Assembly (NCBI GenBank): GCA_965222615.1
Contig: CBDCUI010000009.1
Location: 1,053,580 to 1,117,579, forward strand
Source of the DNA: Gammaproteobacteria bacterium
GTDB lineage: Bacteria; Pseudomonadota; Gammaproteobacteria; UBA4575
Direction: 5' to 3'
Length of the DNA stretch: 64,000 nt
Shown here: in pieces, positions 1-11,341 of the stretch
Layout of the letters: each line of letters starts with the position of its first letter
Position numbering within the stretch: position 1 is the first letter of the stretch
Program-made: the position numbers and the translations under genes
Notes under the pieces: model-generated
What the model saw: only the letters and a program-made list of their open reading frames with translations
Databases searched by the model: none
What the model was told of the DNA's origin: nothing

Positions 1-603
1 GGGCTTTCGCGTGATAAGATGCAGATCTTTTAGAAGATGTTCTTGTTCTTTATCTATGTTAAAACTAACCGCCGGCTTTTCATTCTCTAAATGATTTTTT
101 AGCTTAGTGTATACATCAAGTTGCGCAATAGCTTCTTTATTACCTGATTTCGCCACACGTTCTACTTTGCTAATAGCTTTTTCTATCGTTTCCAAATCCG
201 CCAAGATCAATTCAGTATTAATCGTTTCCAAATCTGACAAGGGATCAATCTTGCCATCCACATGAATAATGTTTTCATCGTCAAAGCATCTAACCACATG
301 TGCAATTGCGTCAGTTTCACGCACATGACCTAAAAATTGATTACCAAGGCCTTCACCTTTTGATGCACCTGCAACTAAGCCTGCAATATCAACAAACTCG
401 ATCGTGGTAGGGATAACTTCTTTAGACTTGGCAATTTGAGCAAGTGTATCGAGTCGAGAATCCGGTACAGGAACAATGCCGATATTAGGATCGATTGTAC
501 AAAAAGGATAATTTTCTGCTGCAATTTCTGTCGCAGTCAAAGCATTAAATAATGTTGATTTTCCAACATTCGGTAGGCCCACTATTCCACATTTAAAACC
601 CAT
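1..603 (-). CDS. ychF: Redox-regulated ATPase YchF (runs off the left edge)
   Basis: Not in the ORF track. Manual translation from the ATG at 603 gives [23 protein letters not shown]...[10 protein letters not shown]...[21 protein letters not shown]. Canonical position after pth. Confidence 0.97.
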   Translation of the reverse strand, partial: MGFKCGIVGLPNVGKSTLFNALTATEIAAENYPFCTIDPNIGIVPVPDSRLDTLAQIAKSKEVIPTTIEFVDIAGLVAGASKGEGLGNQFLGHVRETDAIAHVVRCFDDENIIHVDGKIDPLSDLETINTELILADLETIEKAISKVERVAKSGNKEAIAQLDVYTKLKNHLENEKPAVSFNIDKEQEHLLKDLHLITRKP

Positions 604-670
604 CTGACGCAGGTATTATTTACAGAAGCTCTGATTTGTTCATTATTGAATGCTTATAGTTTCTATCTAG

Positions 671-1255
671 CTAATTTCTTGTGTGTAACTTTTTCATAGC
701 GGCCTCCATTTCACCTCGAAGTAATTCATCTACCACTGTCAGTGCATCATCGATTGCCCCATCAATTTCAGCTTTGTCTTGACTACTTGTTTTTTTCAGT
801 ACGTAGTTCACTACTTGGTTCTTATCACCCGGGTGCCCGACTCCAATCCGTATTCGCCAAAAGTCTTTATTTAAATGAGAAAATATGCTGCGCAAACCAT
901 TATGTCCACCATGCCCACCAGCCCATTTCAATTTAATCTCGCCACTGGGCAAATCAATTTCATCGTGTGCGATTAAGATTTCTTCAGTAGATATTTTATA
1001 AAAATCAGCAAACGGACGTAACGACTCGCCACTTTCATTCATATAGGTATGCGGTTTCAATAACCAAATTTTTTCACCTTGATAAAAAAAGAAGGCAACT
1101 TCACCTTTGAATTTGGATTCGTATTTGAAAACAGCATTATTTTTTCTTGCGACTGCATCTACAAACCAAAACCCGGCATTATGCCGGGTTTGTAAATGCT
1201 TCTCGCCAGGATTGCCAAGTCCGACAATAAGACGTATACCTTTCTGATTAGACAC
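671..1255 (-). CDS. pth: Peptidyl-tRNA hydrolase
   Basis: LIVGLGNPG, TRHNAGF, HDEID and GGHGGHNGLRS motifs; synteny with rplY and ychF. Confidence 0.98.
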   Translation of the reverse strand: MSNQKGIRLIVGLGNPGEKHLQTRHNAGFWFVDAVARKNNAVFKYESKFKGEVAFFFYQGEKIWLLKPHTYMNESGESLRPFADFYKISTEEILIAHDEIDLPSGEIKLKWAGGHGGHNGLRSIFSHLNKDFWRIRIGVGHPGDKNQVVNYVLKKTSSQDKAEIDGAIDDALTVVDELLRGEMEAAMKKLHTRN

Positions 1256-1293
1256 GTATCTTAAACACGTTTACTTGCCTATTGTTAGAAGTG

Positions 1294-2004
1294 CTACTGA
1301 GAAGATTTATCTCCTTCAGATTTATCTTCACTTTCGGCTTTGGTTTCTGCTTCGTCACCTTCAGCTTCTGCAACTTCTTCACCCTCTTCAGCTTCTTCAG
1401 CAACTACTGGCTCCTCTTCAATTGCGCGTTTGACATGGACAGATACCACCACATGATCATGACCTTCACCATGTGAAAGCTCTACAATAGTCACACCTTC
1501 GGGAACGGTGATTTTACTTAAATGGATTGCTTCGTTTAACTTGAGATCCTGCACATCCACTTCAATAAATTCTGGCAAATCTTTTGGTAAGCAGACTATT
1601 TCAATCTCAGATAAATTGTGACTGATTGCTCCACCTTCCATTTTTACCCCATGACACGATTCCTCATTAATAAAGTGTAACGGCACATGCACATTAATAG
1701 CCGTATCTTCACGTACACGTAATAAGTCCATGTGTAAAATTTTAGGTTTATAAGGGTGACGCTGTAATTCACGTAGAATTGCTTTTTGCGGTTTACCACC
1801 AACATCGATCGTTAAAATATGGGAATAAAATGATTCATTTTCTAAATTATGCATAAGACTATCGTGGTCAAAGGTAACTGAGACCGGCTCTTCGCCACCA
1901 CCGTAAATAACTGCAGGCACCTTACCCATTTTTCGCAGTCTTCTGCTTGCACTTTTACCGTAGTCACTACGTGATCCCGCAGTTAATGTAAAATCAAGAC
2001 TCAT
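1294..2004 (-). CDS. rplY: 50S ribosomal protein L25/Ctc (long form with acidic tail)
   Basis: GKSASRRLR..GKVPAVIYG and QRHP..LHMD motifs; lies between prs and pth. Confidence 0.97.
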   Translation of the reverse strand: MSLDFTLTAGSRSDYGKSASRRLRKMGKVPAVIYGGGEEPVSVTFDHDSLMHNLENESFYSHILTIDVGGKPQKAILRELQRHPYKPKILHMDLLRVREDTAINVHVPLHFINEESCHGVKMEGGAISHNLSEIEIVCLPKDLPEFIEVDVQDLKLNEAIHLSKITVPEGVTIVELSHGEGHDHVVVSVHVKRAIEEEPVVAEEAEEGEEVAEAEGDEAETKAESEDKSEGDKSSQ

Positions 2005-2070
2005 GATATTCTCCAGCCGTGTTTATCTAATATTTAGGTTTTATATTTACGTCGAATCTGAAATATCTAC

Positions 2071-3045
2071 CTAATCCATATATAAAGTACTAACAGATTC
2101 TTCCTGATTAATGCGCCGCATTGATTCTGCTATTAACCCTGATACTTCAAGTTGCCGAATTCGAGAACAGGCCTTAGCATCTTCGCGGAGCGGAATTGTA
2201 TCAGTTACTACCAATTCATCCAGCTCAGATTGATTAATATTCTCTATCGCATTACCGGAAAGTACGGGATGAGTCGCATAGGCCTGCACACTTTTAGCCC
2301 CATGTTCTTTAAGGGCGCTCGCCGCATGGCATAGAGTACCCGCCGTATCCACCAAATCATCGATAATGAAGCAATCCTTACCTTCGACTTCACCAATAAT
2401 ATGCATCACTTTGGCTTGATTGGCTTGGGGTCGACGTTTATCGATGATGGCTAAATCTGCATCATCCAGACGTTTGGCCAATGCCCGGGCACGAACAACT
2501 CCACCCACATCCGGAGAAACCACAATTAAATTAGGGAGTTTACGTTTGTAGATATCTCCCAAAAGAACCGGCGAAGCATAAATATTATCTACTGGGATAT
2601 CGAAAAAGCCTTGTATTTGATCAGCATGCAAATCTACAGTTAATACTCGGTCAGTTCCTACGCTAGTAAGTAAGTTTGCTATTACTTTTGCAGAGATCGG
2701 CACACGTATGGAGCGTACTCGTCGGTCTTGACGCGAATAACCAAAATAAGGGATGACAGTGGTAATTCGCTCTGCGGATGACCGCTTCAAGGCATCTACA
2801 ATAATAAGTAATTCCATGATGTTGTCATTAGTCGGCATACATGTCGGCTGCACAACGAAAACATCTTTGCCACGCACATTCTCTTGTATCTCGACCTGTA
2901 CCTCACCATCGCTAAACTGGCTAATTAATGCCTTGCCTAATGGTATGCTTAAATAATCTACAATATCATGCGCAAGTTTAGGGTTCGCGTTACCGGTAAA
3001 TACCATTAAATTACTATCAGCCGGTAGGGTTATTTGACGAATCAT
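2071..3045 (-). CDS. prs: Ribose-phosphate pyrophosphokinase
   Basis: [29 protein letters not shown] and [11 protein letters not shown] motifs. Confidence 0.98.
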   Translation of the reverse strand: MIRQITLPADSNLMVFTGNANPKLAHDIVDYLSIPLGKALISQFSDGEVQVEIQENVRGKDVFVVQPTCMPTNDNIMELLIIVDALKRSSAERITTVIPYFGYSRQDRRVRSIRVPISAKVIANLLTSVGTDRVLTVDLHADQIQGFFDIPVDNIYASPVLLGDIYKRKLPNLIVVSPDVGGVVRARALAKRLDDADLAIIDKRRPQANQAKVMHIIGEVEGKDCFIIDDLVDTAGTLCHAASALKEHGAKSVQAYATHPVLSGNAIENINQSELDELVVTDTIPLREDAKACSRIRQLEVSGLIAESMRRINQEESVSTLYMD

Positions 3046-3099
3046 AGGGATTGTGATGCCTTTTGCTTAATTGATGCTATTAGCTTACTAATATACCAA

Positions 3100-3696
3100 T
3101 CATTTACTATGGAAAGTAAGACTAAAATCAACGGGAACCGCTAAACTAATGGAAGGTAAACCTGCTATTTCACGCAGTTTTTCAACCCCTTCTAATAGCC
3201 CTAAATTGTCGCCATTTAATAGAATAGGCTTATTTGTAGAAACTACGATCGTATCCTCATCTAGTTTTAGTACTCTAAGCTCAGCTAGGATCTGGCTTTG
3301 CTTGCCGATTAAATCAAGTGTTGAATCAACTTCAGTAATCAAACTTTGGCCTGTTGTTAATGAATTAATGGCCTCCATATCTACTTTGGCCTCGACATTT
3401 GCGGTAGTAAACTTTGAAGTATCAAACAACATTTCACGCATACGTTTATCTCGCACATCTATACCTGTATTCACACTCTCCAACGATATAGAAAAATTGA
3501 CCTTACCATCTTCCGCTACATGGCCCGTTAATTGGCCGAAGGTATGTGCTTCGGCTACATGATCGGCTTTTACTGAAACAAAGTTTAATCTTGAGGCATC
3601 ATTATCCAATTCCCATTCTGCGGCATTAGCGGACGTGGCGATAAACAGAATCAAAATCAATAAATAAAAATCAATTCTGAGAATTTTTTTCAGCAT
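3100..3696 (-). CDS. YceI-family periplasmic polyisoprenoid-binding protein
   Basis: Signal peptide, WELDNDASRLNFVSVK, and SVNTGIDVRDKRMREMLF typical of YceI. Confidence 0.85.
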   Translation of the reverse strand: MLKKILRIDFYLLILILFIATSANAAEWELDNDASRLNFVSVKADHVAEAHTFGQLTGHVAEDGKVNFSISLESVNTGIDVRDKRMREMLFDTSKFTTANVEAKVDMEAINSLTTGQSLITEVDSTLDLIGKQSQILAELRVLKLDEDTIVVSTNKPILLNGDNLGLLEGVEKLREIAGLPSISLAVPVDFSLTFHSK

Positions 3697-3934
3697 AGTA
3701 ACGCTCCTATTTACCCTTAGTATAATATTGGACTGTAATTATGTTTTCTCGTTTCACATTTCTAATAAAAAAAGGTGCAATTAGTAATATATTCAATTCT
3801 AATCCACAGTAGCAATATTCAACATTATCTATACAACAACCTTACAAGCAGAAATAATGCCCGTATTTCTTAAATATCTGAAATATCTAATAAATATCTT
3901 TGAGTTTGGAAGCCTAGGCGAGTAAGGTTTTAGC

Positions 3935-4792
3935 TTACTTTACTTTTTGATAGAGTGTTTGGCCAATGTGCTGATAATGATGAGTTACATTTTCTATATT
4001 TTCGGAATGACCAATAAATAAATATGCCCCTAAATGTTGTAAATTCGAAAATTTTTCAAACAACGTAGACTGTGTATCCTTATTAAAATAGATCACTACA
4101 TTTCGACAAAAAATGATGTCAAAAGGTCCCTTCATCGGCCAAGTATCGATTAGATTTAATTGTTTAAAAGTTATTAACGACTTTACTTGAGTTTTTATTT
4201 TAACTTGATCTTTATTTTCCTTTGTAACTCCCATACGAAACCATTTGTGGATAATTGATGTAGAAGCTTTCTTGAGCTGGCCCATTGAATAAATACCATT
4301 TTCAGCTGTATTTAGTACTTTTGAATTCAAGTCAGTTGCTAATATCTTAATATCCCATTGATCAATATCTGGTATATGCTGTAACAGAGTGATAGCGATT
4401 GAATAAGGTTCCTCACCAGAGGAACATCCTGCAGACCAAATACGAATTCGATGCTCTGGATTATCTAGTAATTCTGGTATTATTTTCTTTGCGAGAAGTT
4501 CAAAATGATGAGTCTCACGAAAGAATGAAGTTAAATTCGTTGTGATGGCATTTGAAAAATATTCAATTTCACGATCAGGATTATCCTGAATATATCTGTA
4601 ATATTTACTGAAACTATTTACACCAAGAGCACGCATGCGTTTAGCAAAACGATTATAGACTAGCTCACGTTTCGATTCAGATAAATGAATTCCTGTGTGC
4701 TGAAAAACCATAGTACGCAATTTTTCAAATTCATAATCATTGAGCTTAAATTGCTGATGCATCTCGACTAAATTTTCATTAATTGGCAACAA
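3935..4792 (-). CDS. cheR: Chemotaxis methyltransferase CheR
   Basis: ITTNLTSFFRE, IWSAGCSSGEEPYS, FDIIFCRNVVIYF and LFIGHSE motifs. Confidence 0.97.
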   Translation of the reverse strand: MLPINENLVEMHQQFKLNDYEFEKLRTMVFQHTGIHLSESKRELVYNRFAKRMRALGVNSFSKYYRYIQDNPDREIEYFSNAITTNLTSFFRETHHFELLAKKIIPELLDNPEHRIRIWSAGCSSGEEPYSIAITLLQHIPDIDQWDIKILATDLNSKVLNTAENGIYSMGQLKKASTSIIHKWFRMGVTKENKDQVKIKTQVKSLITFKQLNLIDTWPMKGPFDIIFCRNVVIYFNKDTQSTLFEKFSNLQHLGAYLFIGHSENIENVTHHYQHIGQTLYQKVK

Positions 4793-5897
4793 TCTGCTTA
4801 CTAGAAACTATTTGTTTATCTTTTTCTGGACAAAGCTTCTGTAAGCTTGGTGCAATCGTGTTCAGTGGTAACGTTTGATCTATTATGCCTTGTTTTACAG
4901 CCTCACCTGGCATTCCCCACACAATACTAGTATTTTCATCTTGGGCAATTGTTTTACAGCCAATGTTTTTCATATCCTTTAAACCTTCAGCACCATCGCG
5001 CCCCATTCCAGTAAGAATAACACCTACTGCGCTAGCTCCAATATTGTGTGCAACAGAATGAAACAATACATCTACGGAAGGACGGTGCCGATTAACTGGT
5101 TCATCATTAGTAAGTTTGCAACGAAATACTGCACCATCACGAACTGCCATTAAGTGTTGCCCCCCTGGAGCAACATATACATGACCATGCATAATTTTTT
5201 GCCCATCTTCTGCTTCATATACTGTCATTGCAGATAAGGAATCCATTCTTTGTGCAAACGCAGCACTAAAAACAGCTGGTATATGTTGCACAATCAATAT
5301 GGGTGGGAAATTTGCCGGCAACGCTTCAATGATTGACCTTGCGGCTTCGGTACCTCCTGTTGATGCACCGATTGCAATAAGTTGCTCAGTAGCTCGATAA
5401 TTTTGTTGTTTCCTATTCTTTGACAAAACTATCTTATTTTTATGAGTTTTTTCTACATCAGTGCTTGTAACTTTAGGCCCTTGCAAGGATTTCACTTTTG
5501 CGTAACGAGCAATTTTGATTTTGTTTATAATTTCGTCTGTAAAAGAATTTAATGTGCTATCCAGATCTGCTTTAGGTTTTGAGACAAAATCCACTGCCCC
5601 CAATTCTAACGCTCTAAGAGTCATGTCAGCATTTTTTTGAGTTAATGACGAAATCATCACTACCGGCATAGGTCGCAACCGCATTAAATTTTTCAAAAAG
5701 GTAAGGCCATCCATTTTTGGCATTTCTATATCCAAAGTAATTACATGAGGATTGTGCTTTTTAATTTCATCGCGAGCCTCATAGGCATCCACCGCTGTGG
5801 CTACAACTTCAATTTGTGGATCTGAACTTAAAATTTCGCTTAATAGCCGTCGCACTAAAGCTGAATCATCCACAATAACTACACGTGTTTTATCCAT
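4779..5897 (-). CDS. cheB: Chemotaxis response regulator methylesterase CheB
   Basis: N-terminal REC domain plus IGASTGG, VQHIP, HRPSVDVLF and LTGMGRDGA. Confidence 0.97.
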   Translation of the reverse strand: MDKTRVVIVDDSALVRRLLSEILSSDPQIEVVATAVDAYEARDEIKKHNPHVITLDIEMPKMDGLTFLKNLMRLRPMPVVMISSLTQKNADMTLRALELGAVDFVSKPKADLDSTLNSFTDEIINKIKIARYAKVKSLQGPKVTSTDVEKTHKNKIVLSKNRKQQNYRATEQLIAIGASTGGTEAARSIIEALPANFPPILIVQHIPAVFSAAFAQRMDSLSAMTVYEAEDGQKIMHGHVYVAPGGQHLMAVRDGAVFRCKLTNDEPVNRHRPSVDVLFHSVAHNIGASAVGVILTGMGRDGAEGLKDMKNIGCKTIAQDENTSIVWGMPGEAVKQGIIDQTLPLNTIAPSLQKLCPEKDKQIVSSKQIVAN

Positions 5898-5964
5898 TTT
5901 ATTCCTTTACTTTTTACTGCAAAAACTCATGAAAGATATTTGAAACAAAAAACAACTCAAATTA

Positions 5965-6585
5965 TTATTTTTCTTTACCTTCAAGCATCTCGATGCACTG
6001 CGCATCATGTTGAGCAATAACTTTCTTGTGTATTGAACGCAAGCGCTTGACCATAACTTTTCCAGATTTTGGAAAATAATTTACTTTACGAGGAAACTCT
6101 AAGCCTACATCTGTTGATACAACTTCATAGTTCTCAGTTGCTAAAAAATTATTTATGAAATCAATATTTCTAGCGCCAATATCAGACATTGCAGGTGTTA
6201 TTTTTGCACCACCAAATACTTTTATTTCTAGAAATTCTCTACACCCACCTAATTTAAATATACTACTTAGAAGCCGCTCCATGGCGACATTTCCATAGCG
6301 AGTGTCTAAGTCACTCCATGTAGAACTATTACTTGCTTTCATTGGTAACATATAGTGATTCATGCCACCAATTTTTAATTTTGTATCGTGAACACAGACG
6401 GATATACAAGAGCCTAATGTTGTACTAATCATTTCATCTTGAGTAGTTACGTAATATTCACCTGGCTGTATTCTTGCTATGATTTGATTAGTACTTTCAT
6501 TTAGTACACGCTTGATATGTGAAAACTCAGAGTCTATACCTACAGTCCCCTCTAAACTCTGGAGATTTGCTACGCTTGTAACCAT
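5965..6585 (-). CDS. cheD: Chemoreceptor glutamine deamidase CheD
   Basis: PGEYYV, TTLGSCISVC, GGMNHYMLP, YGNVAMERL and KVFGGA motifs. Confidence 0.95.
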   Translation of the reverse strand: MVTSVANLQSLEGTVGIDSEFSHIKRVLNESTNQIIARIQPGEYYVTTQDEMISTTLGSCISVCVHDTKLKIGGMNHYMLPMKASNSSTWSDLDTRYGNVAMERLLSSIFKLGGCREFLEIKVFGGAKITPAMSDIGARNIDFINNFLATENYEVVSTDVGLEFPRKVNYFPKSGKVMVKRLRSIHKKVIAQHDAQCIEMLEGKEK

Positions 6586-6704
6586 TAAAGTTGTCTTTGT
6601 TACTATCTATTTCTATACTCGAAAAGATTTTGTAAATAATGAAAATAAAAACTTCTGTGCTTACACCCCTAGTAAGCATTCAAAAGATATCCAATCCTCG
6701 CTAT

Positions 6705-9272
6705 TTAAAACTCTTTCCAATCCTTGCCCTTATGATCAGTTCCCGATGCTTTTTTCAAAGATGCTACAGGCGCTATTGAAGTAGATTTGTCCCCCTTAGA
6801 AATTTTAGCTGCCTCACTCCCACTCCAAGGACGATTCGCCGAACGTCTCTCTACAAACGCAACTTGATCATGTTTATTTCTACTTACAGGTTCACGAATC
6901 TTCGTGAAATTCTTGTCATTGACGCTAAAAAAATTCATTTGTTTATTCAGCTCTTCAGCCTCTTGACTCATACACCCGCTTGCTGCAGTAACTTGTTCCA
7001 CCAACGCTACATTTTGTTGCGTCATATCAGTCATTTGTGAAATAGAGCGATTCATATGTTGAATACCAGTAGCTTGTTCTTGACTAGAAGCTGAAATCTC
7101 TCCAATAATGTCAGTTACTTTCTTTACACTTTTAACAATCTCATTCAAGGTCTCACCTGATTCATTCACAAATTTCGAGCCTTCTTTCACCCGGTCGACA
7201 CTATCTTCGATCAATTCTTTAATCTCTTTTGCCGCCGTAGCACTTCGCCCAGCTAAATTGCGCACCTCACTAGCCACCACCGCAAACCCTCGCCCTTGCT
7301 CCCCTGCGCGCGCCGCCTCTACCGATGCATTTAAAGCTAGTAGATTGGTCTGGAAAGCAATCTCATCGATCACACCGATAATATCGGCAATCTTCTTACT
7401 GGAATTGTTGATCTCATTCATCGCAGCTACCGCCGTACCCACAACCTTGCCACCGTTTTCGGCTTGTTCACATGCATTAATCGCAAGTTGATTGGCTTGT
7501 TGCGCATTATCGGCATTCTGTTGCACCGTTATCGTCATCTCTTCCATACCAGAGGATGTCTCTTCAAGATTGGCGGCTTGTTGTTCGGTGCGCTGACTGA
7601 GGTTGGTGTTGCCTTGATTGATCTCCGAGGAGCCTGCGCTCACCGAATCGGCTGAGCTTTTAATATTGCCCACCACATCTGTTAATTTCGTAATCACTTC
7701 ATTGGCATCATGCCTCAATTGTCCAAAGGCCCCTTGGTAATCATCATCAATGGTTTCAGTCAAATCACCTTGTGCCATCGCCCCCAATACACGCAGTGTG
7801 TCATTGATCACACGCTCTGATACATCGACGAGTTCATTTACACCTTGACTCAAACGCTCAAAGAAACCTTGTTTATTTGCTAGATCAATACGCTGACTTA
7901 AATCACCCGCCAAGGCACTATCGACCAAAGCTTGTACATCTGCTTCCACTACCAGCTCTTGTGTACGATCTTCCCATTCCATGATCGTACCGGCTCTTTC
8001 ATGGTTGGCACTGAACACTGGGTTGGCAATAATGCGGAACATCCTTCCACCTAGCCCAAATTCACAGGTAAAAGTAGTATCCATCTCTTCGAAATCTCGA
8101 TACTCACATGAAGGATCTGCATTAAAGACATCAATGTTTACACCCAATAGTTTCTTGCTGTCAAAGTTTGGCAAATCCTTACGAATATCAAACTCCGCCT
8201 CATTAAACATCTCCATTACTGCCGTATTGAGATAGGTGATATTTAGACCCGCATCCGTCATCATCACATTGGCACTGGCCTTGTCTAAAGCCTGTTTAAT
8301 GCGTCGGTTAACTTCGGCTTGCTCAAGCTCTTTCTCATGACTTTTGCGAAATGTGTTTTGTAGATTTACAATTGCTCGCAACAACTGACCCACTTCATCT
8401 TGTGAGTTGATCTTTATATCATCATTAATATTCTCTTCGGTTAGATGATTTACAAAATCAGTACCATACTTTAGTGGCTTGGTTACCCAAGATCGAAGAA
8501 AAAACCAAAGTAAAGAAATAATAATAATTGCCATAACTATTAATCCAGCAATAATTATTCTTGCGGTTGCAATTCCATTGGCAATTTGCGCATCGATGGA
8601 GCCATCAACTTCAAGCACACCTCTAACATCACCAAATTTCCAACCAACCTTTGGTGTATCGGGATGGGAGTTGTGGCAACCTACACACGACTCATCAACC
8701 ATTTTATCCGCAATTGCTACTCTTACAGAGTTTTTACCATCATTATTAAATGATTTCACAAAAATACTATCAGGGTTGGCTTGTAAATAATTCCAGGCAT
8801 CTTGCTGAAATTGATCTAACTTTCGATCATCTCTATTTGGAAAAGGAAAAGCACTATAAAGCCTGATTGTTGTACCTTCTTTTTCCTGTAATTTACTTAA
8901 ATCATGAATCATTGTGGCAGGCAAAGGAATCATATTGTCAATATTTTTATGCTCAAAGGATGCTTTAAAGTCTGATTCCCCAATAACTTTTTTTACAATG
9001 TTTTGGGTATAGTATTTTCGTAATGCCTTGTACTGATTAACAGTATCTTGAGCTGCTCTGGTTGCATCATGGATAGCATTACGTTTAATCAAATCTGGAA
9101 CCCAGATTGCTGCTGCAACAATACTAAGCGCAAAGATCACAACAAAAATTAATGATAAACGCAGTAATAAACTTTGCCTTAAAAGACCACTCATGTTTTT
9201 GCTGTGCTTACTATTTGAAGTACTTTCATTTATATCCATCAATCCTATCCCCTTAATAAAATCCCCTTCCAA
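6705..9272 (-). CDS. Transmembrane MCP with periplasmic heme-c (DUF3365/Tll0287-like) sensor, HAMP, Aer2-like PAS, signalling domain and C-terminal pentapeptide
   Basis: Two TM segments flank a domain with CVGCH and GDVRGVLEV; [30 protein letters not shown] hairpin tip; ends DWKEF. Confidence 0.92.
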   Translation of the reverse strand: MEGDFIKGIGLMDINESTSNSKHSKNMSGLLRQSLLLRLSLIFVVIFALSIVAAAIWVPDLIKRNAIHDATRAAQDTVNQYKALRKYYTQNIVKKVIGESDFKASFEHKNIDNMIPLPATMIHDLSKLQEKEGTTIRLYSAFPFPNRDDRKLDQFQQDAWNYLQANPDSIFVKSFNNDGKNSVRVAIADKMVDESCVGCHNSHPDTPKVGWKFGDVRGVLEVDGSIDAQIANGIATARIIIAGLIVMAIIIISLLWFFLRSWVTKPLKYGTDFVNHLTEENINDDIKINSQDEVGQLLRAIVNLQNTFRKSHEKELEQAEVNRRIKQALDKASANVMMTDAGLNITYLNTAVMEMFNEAEFDIRKDLPNFDSKKLLGVNIDVFNADPSCEYRDFEEMDTTFTCEFGLGGRMFRIIANPVFSANHERAGTIMEWEDRTQELVVEADVQALVDSALAGDLSQRIDLANKQGFFERLSQGVNELVDVSERVINDTLRVLGAMAQGDLTETIDDDYQGAFGQLRHDANEVITKLTDVVGNIKSSADSVSAGSSEINQGNTNLSQRTEQQAANLEETSSGMEEMTITVQQNADNAQQANQLAINACEQAENGGKVVGTAVAAMNEINNSSKKIADIIGVIDEIAFQTNLLALNASVEAARAGEQGRGFAVVASEVRNLAGRSATAAKEIKELIEDSVDRVKEGSKFVNESGETLNEIVKSVKKVTDIIGEISASSQEQATGIQHMNRSISQMTDMTQQNVALVEQVTAASGCMSQEAEELNKQMNFFSVNDKNFTKIREPVSRNKHDQVAFVERRSANRPWSGSEAAKISKGDKSTSIAPVASLKKASGTDHKGKDWKEF

Positions 9273-9279
9273 CCTTTAT

Positions 9280-11256
9280 TTAAAATTCCTGCCAATCATG
9301 GTCTTCTATATCGCTCCCTGAAGTCTTTTGCATGAATGGTTTTGAGACTACAGAAACCGGTTCTGCTTTATCAGTTTTAGACGTTTCACTCCAAGGCCTA
9401 TCTGCTGAACGTCTATCTTCGAATACATCATGATTTTGATTATCTGCATCCATGTATTTACTTACATTCATAGTGTCTTCATCGTTTACAGTAAAAAATC
9501 CTATCTGTTTACTCAATTCCTTTGCTTCTTTATTCATAGAGTCACTAGCAGCAGCAGCCTGCTCGACCAAAGCTGCATTTTGTTGTGTCATATCATCCAT
9601 TTGCAAAATGGCTTTATTTACTTCCTCGATTCCCCTTGCCTGTTCTTGACTAGAAGATGTAATTTCCGCAATGATACTGGTTACTTTCTTAACACTACCT
9701 ACAATTTTTTCAAGCGTTCCCCCAGATTCATTCACCAATTTTGAACCTTCTTTAACTTTAACAACACTATCTTCGATGAGTTCCTTAATTTCTTTGGCTG
9801 CCGTTGCACTACGGCCGGCTAGGTTACGTACTTCACTAGCCACTACAGCAAACCCACGCCCTTGTTCACCAGCACGGGCTGCTTCTACTGATGCATTTAA
9901 AGCTAATAGATTGGTTTGAAATGCAATTTCATCAATCACTCCAATAATATCTGCTATTTTTTTGCTTGAATCGTTGATTTCACTCATCGCATCCATTGCA
10001 GAGCCAACGACTTTGCCTCCACTTTCGGCTTGTTCACAAGCATTAATCACAAGTTCGTTGGCTTGTTTAGCATTATCGGCATTTTGTTTCACAGCAGTAG
10101 TTATTTCTTCCATACTAGATGCGGTTTCTTCGAGATTTGCCGCTTGTTCCTCAGTACGTTGACTAAGGTTGGCGTTACCTTGATTGATTTCGTTAGACGA
10201 TCCACTAACAGAGCTTGCCGAAGATTTGATTCTATTAACAATGCTGGAAAGTTTATTACAATACTTATTTGTTGCTTCCTGAAGTACTGCAAACTCACCT
10301 TCAAATTTACCTTCCACCCGATCAGTTAGGACTCCATCAGCCAGTGATAATAAAACTCTACGAACTTCTTCAAAAATTAGTTCAACTCTTTGTTGTAGTA
10401 GTTTCTGTTCAGTAATGTCCGTTGCATATTTAACGACTTTGTATGGCTTATTGTTAAAATCAAAAATTGGGTTATAGGATGCTTGAATCCAAATTTCCTT
10501 GCCGCCTTTACCAATTCGACTATATTCTTTGGCCTGAAACTCGCCTCGATTTAAGGCTTCCCAAAATTCCCTATATTCTGCACTCCCACTAAATTCTGGA
10601 GTTACAAATATAGAATGATGCTTACCCTGAATCTCATCTAAGCTATAGCCCACTACATTAAGAAAATTCTCATTGGCGGTAATTATGGTGCCATCCATAT
10701 TGAATTCAATTACTGCTTGAGATTTACTAATCGCAGCAAGCTGACTTTTGTAATCCGTATGTAGTAACTTCTGTTCAGTAATATCCGTTGCATATTTAAC
10801 GATTTTGTATGGCTTATTGTTAAAATCAAAAATTGGGTTATAGGATGCTTGAATCCAAATTTCCTTGCCGCCTTTACCAATTCGACTATATTCTTTGGCC
10901 TGAAACTCGCCTCGATTTAAAGCTTCCCAAAATTGCCTATATTTTGCACTCGTACTAAATTCTGGAGTTACAAATATAGAATGATGCTTACCCTGAATCT
11001 CATCTAAGCTATAACCCACTACATTAAGAAAATTCTCATTGGCGGTAATTATGGTGCCATCCATATTGAATTCAATTACAGCTAGAGACTTACTAATCGC
11101 AGCAAGCTGACTTTCGTAGTCGGCCAGTTTTAATTTGAGTGTATTTACATTTCCATTATCACCATGTTTTCCTTTACCACTTATAATTTTGTACCCATCT
11201 TTCTTATTACGTTTAGTTTGGTTACGAAATATGGACATATCAAAGTCTCCTTGCAT
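9280..11256 (-). CDS. Soluble MCP with two tandem PAS domains (BdlA/Aer-like) and C-terminal pentapeptide
   Basis: No TM segment; two copies of [19 protein letters not shown]...WIQASYNPI; MCP signalling domain; ends DWQEF. Confidence 0.93.
   Translation of the reverse strand: MQGDFDMSIFRNQTKRNKKDGYKIISGKGKHGDNGNVNTLKLKLADYESQLAAISKSLAVIEFNMDGTIITANENFLNVVGYSLDEIQGKHHSIFVTPEFSTSAKYRQFWEALNRGEFQAKEYSRIGKGGKEIWIQASYNPIFDFNNKPYKIVKYATDITEQKLLHTDYKSQLAAISKSQAVIEFNMDGTIITANENFLNVVGYSLDEIQGKHHSIFVTPEFSGSAEYREFWEALNRGEFQAKEYSRIGKGGKEIWIQASYNPIFDFNNKPYKVVKYATDITEQKLLQQRVELIFEEVRRVLLSLADGVLTDRVEGKFEGEFAVLQEATNKYCNKLSSIVNRIKSSASSVSGSSNEINQGNANLSQRTEEQAANLEETASSMEEITTAVKQNADNAKQANELVINACEQAESGGKVVGSAMDAMSEINDSSKKIADIIGVIDEIAFQTNLLALNASVEAARAGEQGRGFAVVASEVRNLAGRSATAAKEIKELIEDSVVKVKEGSKLVNESGGTLEKIVGSVKKVTSIIAEITSSSQEQARGIEEVNKAILQMDDMTQQNAALVEQAAAASDSMNKEAKELSKQIGFFTVNDEDTMNVSKYMDADNQNHDVFEDRRSADRPWSETSKTDKAEPVSVVSKPFMQKTSGSDIEDHDWQEF
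10394..11121. repeat. Near-identical 366-bp tandem duplication encoding the two PAS domains
   Basis: 10394-10755 and 10760-11121 align at a constant 366-nt offset with few substitutions. Confidence 0.93.
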
Positions 11257-11341
11257 TTAGAATATATCTTAATTTTGTCTTCCAACATGGATATAAACAT
11301 ATGTTTTCCGATTACCACATTTTCTATATTATGTAGAACTG

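Noticed and set aside
1169-1191. Perfect hairpin aaacccggcat-t-atgccgggttt inside pth that looks like a terminator
   Set aside because: It coincides with the conserved TRHNAGF codons and has a 1-nt loop; coding constraint is the simpler explanation
1294-1420. Low-complexity Glu/Ala-rich repeats at the rplY 3' end
   Set aside because: Acidic tails are normal for long-form L25/Ctc
3872-3899. Three AAATATCT direct repeats upstream of the yceI gene
   Set aside because: Short, AT-rich and irregularly spaced (9 and 11 nt); cannot be distinguished from chance
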